64,000 nt of DNA from Eledone cirrhosa (taxonomy: Eukaryota), in assembly GCA_964016885.1 (NCBI GenBank), contig OZ024744.1:72168001-72232000 (forward strand), in the 5' to 3' direction. Both the position numbers and the translations under genes were made by a program. Below are positions 55,695 to 64,000 of this stretch, piece after piece. Every line of letters begins with the position of its first letter. The stretch's first letter is position 1. Below the pieces are notes generated by a model, which saw only the letters and a list, made by a program, of their open reading frames with translations, was not told where the DNA came from and made no database searches.

Positions 55695-55927
55695 AAAGAA
55701 TGAGAAATAAGATAGACTGAAGGGACGGGCGGGTGGAATTGGAAAAAAATGTTTTTAGAGAAAAATAACAGGTCCATTCATGTGGCCATCTTAGTTGAAA
55801 GAGTCAACAAACAGAGGCACAAAAGTCTTATTGGTTTCACGCTTTATATTGGAAAGAGGAAATATTTGTTTCAACATACGAGTTCATATCAAAAACCTTG
55901 CAAAACAAATGTATATATATATATATA

Positions 55928-56016
<89 letters not shown>

Positions 56017-56216
56017 TTGTTTTGCAAGGTTTTCGATATGAAATCGTATGTTGAAACAAATATTTCCTCTTTCCAATGTAAAGATCTGAGAAAAACCACA
56101 GACCCTCCATCTCAACTGACCTTTTGAAAAGCAGAAGAACTGCGAAACCGGTAAAGGAACCAAATAAATATATATATATTTTTAAAAATAAGACTCCAGT
56201 TGCATTTTCGATTTCA

Positions 56217-56417
<201 letters not shown>

Positions 56418-56537
56418 AACGAAGGAAATGTGGTAAGGAACCAGGTGGACCATAACGCACCAAAGTACTCAATACTTAGGGTAGTAGAGGAGTAGGAACG
56501 AGTAGGACCCCGACGGCTGAGCTCAAGCCGTTTCGAC

Positions 56538-56717
56538 GGTAACACACCAGAGAGAGATATACAGTGCGTTATCGATAATACAGGGTAAAAAACCACCAGT
56601 GTATGGAATCTATAACCTATAGTCTGCCTTTCATAGGTTATAGATTCCATACACTGGTGGGTTTTTTTTCCCTGTATTATCGATAACGCACTGTATATCT
56701 CTCTCTGGTGTGTTACC
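56538..56717. repeat. Near-perfect hairpin with 85-bp arms fused to a family A copy
   Basis: ggtaacacaccagag...tataacctat versus ataggttata...ctctggtgtgttacc. Confidence 0.9.
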
Positions 56718-56833
56718 TTTTCAACATATTGTATTTTAAAGAGCTCAGGATCTCTTCCCCTTTGAGCACATTATTTACAGGGAATAGCGAGGGCCTATGC
56801 CTCCGTTAATTTATCGTGATATTTATATATATA

Positions 56834-56932
<99 letters not shown>

Positions 56933-56949
56933 ATACGGAATCATTCCCC

Positions 56950-57058
56950 TCATCCTCTCCCTGAACGTTTTCAGCACTTCAAGATAATACTTCGTATTGA
57001 CGGTTTGGCCCTCGGGAAAGCATTCAATGTGATTAAGTCGAAGAAAGGAATAACAATA
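56950..57058 (-). mobile_element. Mariner transposase fragment
   Basis: FFD...[25 protein letters not shown] fits the mariner catalytic-domain pattern H.EF.P.GQTVN..YY.EVL. Confidence 0.75.
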
Positions 57059-57074
57059 TATTCTCTTACGATCT

Positions 57075-57245
57075 GCTCATCACTCCCTTCTCGGGCCTGG
57101 GGGGAGGACATATGTTTGCACTGGTCACACTCTTCTCTTGGTTTCCAGTTATCCTCCTCTCTCCACCTCTTCCATAACCCGCTAGAAGCGCTTTCCGATG
57201 TCTCGCCATACTTTTATTCCAAATAAGTTTGATGCATGTGTAGAT
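57075..57245 (-). mobile_element. Possible HERO/NeSL-like retrotransposon C-terminal remnant
   Basis: GETSESASSGLWKRWREEDNWKP resembles the AE.AS.WLW..R end motif. Confidence 0.4.
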
Positions 57246-57280
57246 GGAGAAAATCCTCTCCTCCCCCCATCCCCCATCTC

Positions 57281-57352
<72 letters not shown>

Positions 57353-57511
57353 CCTCTGCCTCTCTATCTTTCCCTCTCTATCTTTCACATCTTATCTCTA
57401 TCTCTCTCTACAGAATGATGAAAGAGCATTAGTTTAAGGACAAAACTAATTCTCTTTCTTTATTTTGCATTCTGTTTCGATACGGAATAAAAACAACTGA
57501 ATTATATTAAA

Positions 57512-57987
57512 CTAGCAGAAAACCACCCTTTGGGTGGTTTTCTGCCACCATGTGTAGTGTGTATATTGATATTATACGCAAGTATATATACATGTAGATA
57601 TGATACGTCAAATAAAATTGTAATTGACAATATACACAGAAATTGAACGAATACTACGTTACTCTGTCTTATGTAATCAGTAACGTAATCCATGATACAT
57701 TAAAAAAAGACGATATTATATATAAACTGCATTAGGAGAAAATTAGTGACAGAAAATTAATATATTTATTTAAACGATCGACACCGTAAGTGTTGACATT
57801 TGAAAATTTTATAGAAGTGAATCTTTAAATAAGTAATAAAATATATTTAATGAACAGAAACGAAATTTATTAGATAAAATATGTAATATTCTTTCATTAT
57901 TTATTCAAAGTAATCCAATTTTACTAATGGGATAAAACATTTTAAACCGTACGCAGTCCCGCGCTTCTTACTTTATTATAGTTTAGA
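57512..57987 (-). mobile_element. Non-autonomous Helitron (476 bp)
   Basis: Minus strand begins A|TC (aatctaaactataataaag) and ends with the hairpin gcagaaaaccaccc-aaa-gggtggttttctgc and CTAG|T. No TSD. Confidence 0.8.
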
Positions 57988-58632
57988 TTGCTTGCTTTGT
58001 AGAACAAATCAACTTTCATAATTACTTGTTCAGTGAGGGAGTGTATATATATATATATATATAAATATGTCGGTGATATATATATATATATATTTCTCAT
58101 GTTTTTTATACATATTTACCTCGGCTGCGTTTGTCTGTTTCTCTCTTTCTCTCTTACTGCTCCCGCATTCTCCCTGTTTCTCTCACCTTCTTTCGCCTCC
58201 TCTGTCAGTTACACTTTCTCTCGACTGACCTCTTCCTCGCACTTCCACTCACTCACTCTCTGTTTCTCCCCTTCTCACTTCCTCCCGTTTCGTTAGTAGT
58301 GGGTCCTTTCTTGCTCACATCTCACTCACACGGACGGTCTGTATTCTGATCGCTCATGAAATTCACCCAGTTTATGCTGACCGGATAACCATGTTGCTTT
58401 TTTTTCTCCCCTATCTTCGGTTTGCTTTTATCCTTCTATGTTGTTTACTTGTCTCATTCGCTTTACGCGATTCACTTGTCCCAATAGCTTATTTTAGTTA
58501 TTGCTCGCACCAACCTGAGGTATATGATTTTTAATGCGATAAAATACCAATGATAGTTGGCAAATCACTGTCGAGGGACTAATTTTATAATATGTAACCC
58601 AGTGCAACCACGCAGTATTCCTCTTTCTTCTC

Positions 58633-58683
<51 letters not shown>

Positions 58684-58993
58684 GTGATCTTTTTCTAATT
58701 TCTGAGTACACAGCGGAAAAACACACACAGACAACTTCCATATATATAAAAATACATATATAATGTACACCGACATATATATATGGTGTTTGCGTATGTG
58801 TGCGTGCATGCGTGCGCGTGCGTGGGCATGCGTTAGCATGCATGAGCGTGTTTTCTATTAACGGTTATATATGGGATTTGCAGGTGCATGTATGTATGCG
58901 TTTCGTATATGTATGGTCATATATTTATATCTAAATCTTAATCTCTCCTCATTCTTTACTCTCACTTCCTCTCGTTCTTTGTATATATATATT

Positions 58994-59065
<72 letters not shown>

Positions 59066-59155
59066 CATCATGTATATAAATACGTTATATATTCTTATAT
59101 GTGTGTGTACATAGATAGAACGATAGATAACTAAGTACATAGATCGGCAGATAGG

Positions 59156-59253
<98 letters not shown>

Positions 59254-61599
59254 CTTGTATTTGCGTCAATCTGTCTATCTGTGTATGTGGCTCCTCGCCT
59301 AGCTTTCGTTTCTTTCCCTGTGATGACGTCCTGTCAGCTTTAAGCCTAATAAATATGCCAAGTTCAATTTAAGAACTTTTGACAAATAAATCCAGCTTTA
59401 CATCAGATTCCTACGTAAATATGAGAACCTTAAAGAACGGTAAACATATTCTACTGATTCAAATGTAGGTGAAACATTTTGTTATATTTGTTTGATTTCT
59501 TCTTGGTGAATTTAACATGAACTTGGCAGAATTGAATTAAACCGGAAGTAGTTTGTTATCCAACATCAAAATAATCTTGTTTTCTTACATAGATACAGGA
59601 CCTGAAATTTGTAGATTTGCGGGTGTGTAGATGATTAAACTTTCGCCTTTTGTATTACTGGTACTTATTTTAACAATTCTGGAGTTATGAAAAGCTAAAA
59701 CTACTTCGATGACATTTGAACTCGGAAGATAAATGAATGTAATAAAATGGTTTCTAATTCAGGAAGGAAATAAACCAGCAATTTTGGAAAGAGGGTTAAA
59801 TCGATTAAATGGACCTCATTACTTGACTGGTACATAAATGTATCGACACAGGAAGATGAAAGGTGTTCCGTTTCTGTTTTAATTCAAATACCACCAGAGT
59901 TAATTTTGTATTTCATCTTTACAAAATCAACGAAATGAGTAAGCGCCAAGTAAGTGCTGGAATCGATTTAATTGAATCTTTCTTCTCCCAAATATTTGGC
60001 TATATGTTTAGAAAACAATTTTGATTTCGTTATTAAGTTAAATGGTTAAAGCGATATAGTTATATTTCTTTACATTCAAAATGACAGAATAAATGTATTA
60101 TAATATTTATTTGAATTTCGTATATCTAAAGATAAACGGTATGTTTGATAAATAAAAATGTTTAAAACCCAGCTGTGAATAGAAGTCTGACGGCCAACGC
60201 CATCTAGCGGATTCCAGCAGAAGCAGCGGAGGATAATTGTCAATGCATTTCGAATTATGGTTCTTATCAGAACAATGTTTTCTCTTGCTTATTGTTGGAA
60301 TTTGAGACAGGCGAAAATATATAGTTTTTTCGCCTCTGAAGGTGTGCTGATTAGCCTCATTTGCATACGAAGCTGTATAAGTTGGCTCAACTTTAAAGTA
60401 GAATTATAATTTACCTTCGGCATAGCTGTATACATATATGCATGTGAATTTCGTATATCTAAAGATATACGGTATGATTAATAGATACAAATTTTCAAAT
60501 ATGGATTTTGGTTAATATTTTTGAGGTTGACAAAATTAAAGGTAAATATAAGGAAATAATTGTTTCTACTTTAGGCACAAGGCCAGCAATTACCCAGTGT
60601 ATTACTGGTACTTTATTTTATCGACCCGGTAAGGATGAAAGGCAAAGTCAACCTCGGCGGGATTTGAACTCAGATGGTAAAGGGACGTAACTATGCTGGA
60701 TACTGATACTGCCAATCCACCGCCTTAATCCACCTAAATATAAGGAAATAATATTAATTTGTGTCAAATGGGAGGAAATTGATGTTTCTTCTTTCACGCA
60801 GTTGAACCCTTTCATTACCATATTTCGAATAAAATACAATGTCTATAATTTTTAAATAATTTTGAAAATGATCAACCTTATGGTGAGATTTCGTGATATA
60901 AAAAAAAACTTTCTTATTATTAAGCTAGTGATAGGGCAGCGGGTTGGCAGTATCAGTAGAGCGTCGAACAACCTGTTTCGTGGTAGAGAGTTATGGCCCT
61001 TTACATTCTGAGTTCAAATCTTGCCGAAGTTAGCTTTGCCTTTCATCCTTACTGGGTCGATAAAATAAAGTACCAGTAACGTACTGGGGTCGATTTAATC
61101 GACGTTCCCTCGCCCAAAATTGTTGGCCTTGTGTCTAAATCGAAAACCATTATTAAGCTGGTGTAGGGCAGTGGATTGGCAGTATCGGTAGAGTGTCGGA
61201 CACCATTCTATGCTGCATAGTGTTACGGCCCTTTACGTTCTGAGTTGAAATCCTCTCAGGGTTAGCTTTTACTTTCATCCATACGGAGTCGATTATATAA
61301 AGTATCAGTAACGCACTGGGATTGATTTAATCGATTTCCCTTCCTCAAAAATTGTTTGTCTTGTGCCTAAATCCGAAACAATGATTAAGCTAGTGTTTTT
61401 TGCAACATGTCAATATGAACACATTGAAAGAAACAGCCTTGTATTGAAGAACGGGGGTGGTTTCAAGAGGTTTGATATCAAAACGGTTAGCGAATAAGCG
61501 TCAATTATCCCTTTATATTTAATGCCAATCTTTAGCAATTCTCTTTTAGCATGATTAAAAATATTTGTCACACTAAAGCCAGTGGTTCATTCAGTTTTA

Positions 61600-62045
61600 C
61601 AGAATTACCGCACCCTCCAGCGGCAACCAGGTGCAGCGTGCGACTAACCCAATATCTGCTGTACTTTGGGCCGAGGAGGGTAAACTTTCCAAATATCGGT
61701 CGCTCTCCGACAGGTTTGCGGTTGAGCTCGTGGCAGTGGAGACGTCTGGTGTGTCTGGCCCTAGGGCCACCTCCCTACTGACCACCATAGGCACAGAGTT
61801 TGGTACCTGAAGGTTTAAGCCTCGTGAGCTGGAATGGCTCTTCCAGCGCGTCTCCCTCACTATCCTCCGGGAAAATGCCTTCTCTATTCTGTCCACCTGG
61901 GTCGCAGGGTGACCAGCCCGCCGGGGCCACAAGGCGGCCAGCGTGCGAGTCCCCATTTGCTCACAATACTGAGAGATGGGGAGAGCGGGAGAGACAGAGG
62001 CAGGGACAGTGGGATTTTGGTTATTTTGTTCTCGGCGGACATGGT
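61600..62045 (+). mobile_element. CRE-like retrotransposon 3' fragment, second copy
   Basis: AEEGKLSKYRSLSDRFAVELVAVETSGVSGP...ELEWLFQRVSLTILRENAFSI, with one internal stop. Confidence 0.8.
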
Positions 62046-62479
62046 GTATATATATTTAATGACTAAAATCACTAAAAGGATAACTTGTATTAATTATTTC
62101 CATTTATTAAGGTTACTAGCCACACTAATGCGTGTTGCTTTCAATTATAACTTTCTGCCGTCACCTAAAACATTGAATGTCACCAAATTGCGATACAACA
62201 GTCGTTGACAGGATAAAACTCGTATAGATCCCCAGTAACCTATCAATTCGACCACCCAAGGTCTAACCATTGATTATGTACTGATCCATTTAGTGGACTA
62301 ATGTCACATCCGGATGGGGGGTGATGGGGGGGGGGGGTTTACAGGTGATGGCGGTGGTTTAGAGTGTAATAAAAGACAGAAAAAATATGCCAAATAAATG
62401 GCAGAGAAACTTTCGGAGATTATAGTCATATATTAATATATCTGTCAAGTGAAAAGGAAACCATTTAAAAATAACTCAA

Positions 62480-64000
62480 CAGCATATATTGTTATATATA
62501 GCATATATTATTATATACAGCATAGGGCGGTAGATTGGCAGTATTGGTAGAGGGTCGACGCCATGCTTTGCAGCATAGTTACGTCCCTTTACGATCTGAG
62601 TTCAAATCCCGCCGAGGTTAACTTTGCCTTTCATCCTTACGGGATCGATAAAATAAAGTACCAGTAATGCACTGGGTGATTGCTGGCCTTGTGCCTAAAG
62701 TAGAAACAATGATTATATACAGCATATATTGTTATATATAGCATATATTGTTATATATAGCATATATTGTTATATACAGCATATATTGTTATATACACAT
62801 ATATTGTTATATATAGCATATATTGTTATATATAGCATATATTGTTATATACAGCATATATTGTTATATATAGCATATATTGTTATATACAGCATATATT
62901 GTTATATACAGCATATATTGTTATATATTGCATATATTGTTATATATAGCATATATTGTTATATACAGCATATATTGTTATATATAGCATATATTGTTAT
63001 ATACAGCATATATTGTTATATATTGCATATATTGTTATATATAGCATATATTGTTATATATAGCATATATTGTTATATACAGCATATATTGTTATATATA
63101 GCATATATTGTTATATACAGCATATATTGTTATATACAGCATACATTGTTATATACAGCATATATTGTTATATACAGCATATATTGTTATATATAGCATA
63201 TATTGTTATATATAGCATATATTGTTATATATAGCATATATTGTTATATACAGCATATATTGTTATATACAGCTTATATTGTTATATACAGCATACATTG
63301 TTATATACAGCATATATTGTTATTTACAGCATATATTGTTATATACAGCATATATTGTTATATACAGCATATATTGTTATATATAGCATATATTGTTATA
63401 TACAGCATATATTGTTATATATAGCATATATTGTTATATACAGCATATATTGTTATATACAGCATATATTGTTATATATAGCATATATTGTTATATACAG
63501 CATATATTGTTATATATTGCATATATTGTTATATACAGCATATATTGTTATATATTGCATATATTGTTATATATAGCATATATTGTTATATACAGCATAT
63601 ATTGTTATATATAGCATATATTGTTATATACAGCATATATTGTTATATATTGCATATATTGTTATATATAGCATATATTGTTATATATAGCATATATTGT
63701 TATATACAGCATATATTGTTATATATAGCATATATTGTTATATACAGCATATATTGTTATATATAGCATATATTGTTATATACAGCATATATTGTTATAT
63801 ATTGCATATATTGTTATATACAGCATATATTGTTATATATAGCATATATTGTTATATATAGCATATATTGTTATATATAGCATATATTGTTATATACAGC
63901 ATATATTGTTATATACAGCATATATTGTTATATATAGCATATATTGTTATATATAGCATATATTGTTATCTACAGCATATATTGTTATATATTGCATATA
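62480..64000. repeat. 19-bp minisatellite GCATATATTGTTATATA(TA/CA/TT), about 70 units, continuing past the window; SINE inserted at 62525-62711
   Basis: Direct reading of the tandem units. Confidence 0.97.

Noticed and set aside
62729-63766. Repetitive ORFs and CRISPR-like regularity
   Set aside because: Contiguous 19-bp tandem units with no unique spacers and no cas genes; eukaryotic context.

Overview
AT-rich, repeat-saturated animal genomic DNA. The SINE and microsatellite landscape resembles a coleoid cephalopod such as Octopus (inference, not verified). The only convincing host-gene feature is an isolated 104-bp minus-strand exon (5703->5600) encoding the middle of an FGF beta-trefoil domain, so much of the window is probably intron or upstream sequence of an FGF gene. 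The rest is transposon-derived. It contains four L1/Tx1-like copies (one near full-length, two lacking RT), a Penelope-like element (RT + GIY-YIG, inverted pseudo-LTR), RTE, CR1, CRE-, R4- and HERO-like fragments, about 29 copies of a Meta-domain-like SINE, other tRNA-SINEs, a short Helitron, several MITEs, and a 19-bp minisatellite running off the right end. The most striking unannotated pattern is a set of small non-coding elements embedded in (TA)n tracts. They form fold-back palindromes, often carry minimal hammerhead-ribozyme motifs, and share short terminal motifs across otherwise unrelated families. Almost all ORFs in the supplied track are microsatellite artefacts or antisense frames of TEs. 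Coordinates were read by eye, so element ends are approximate.
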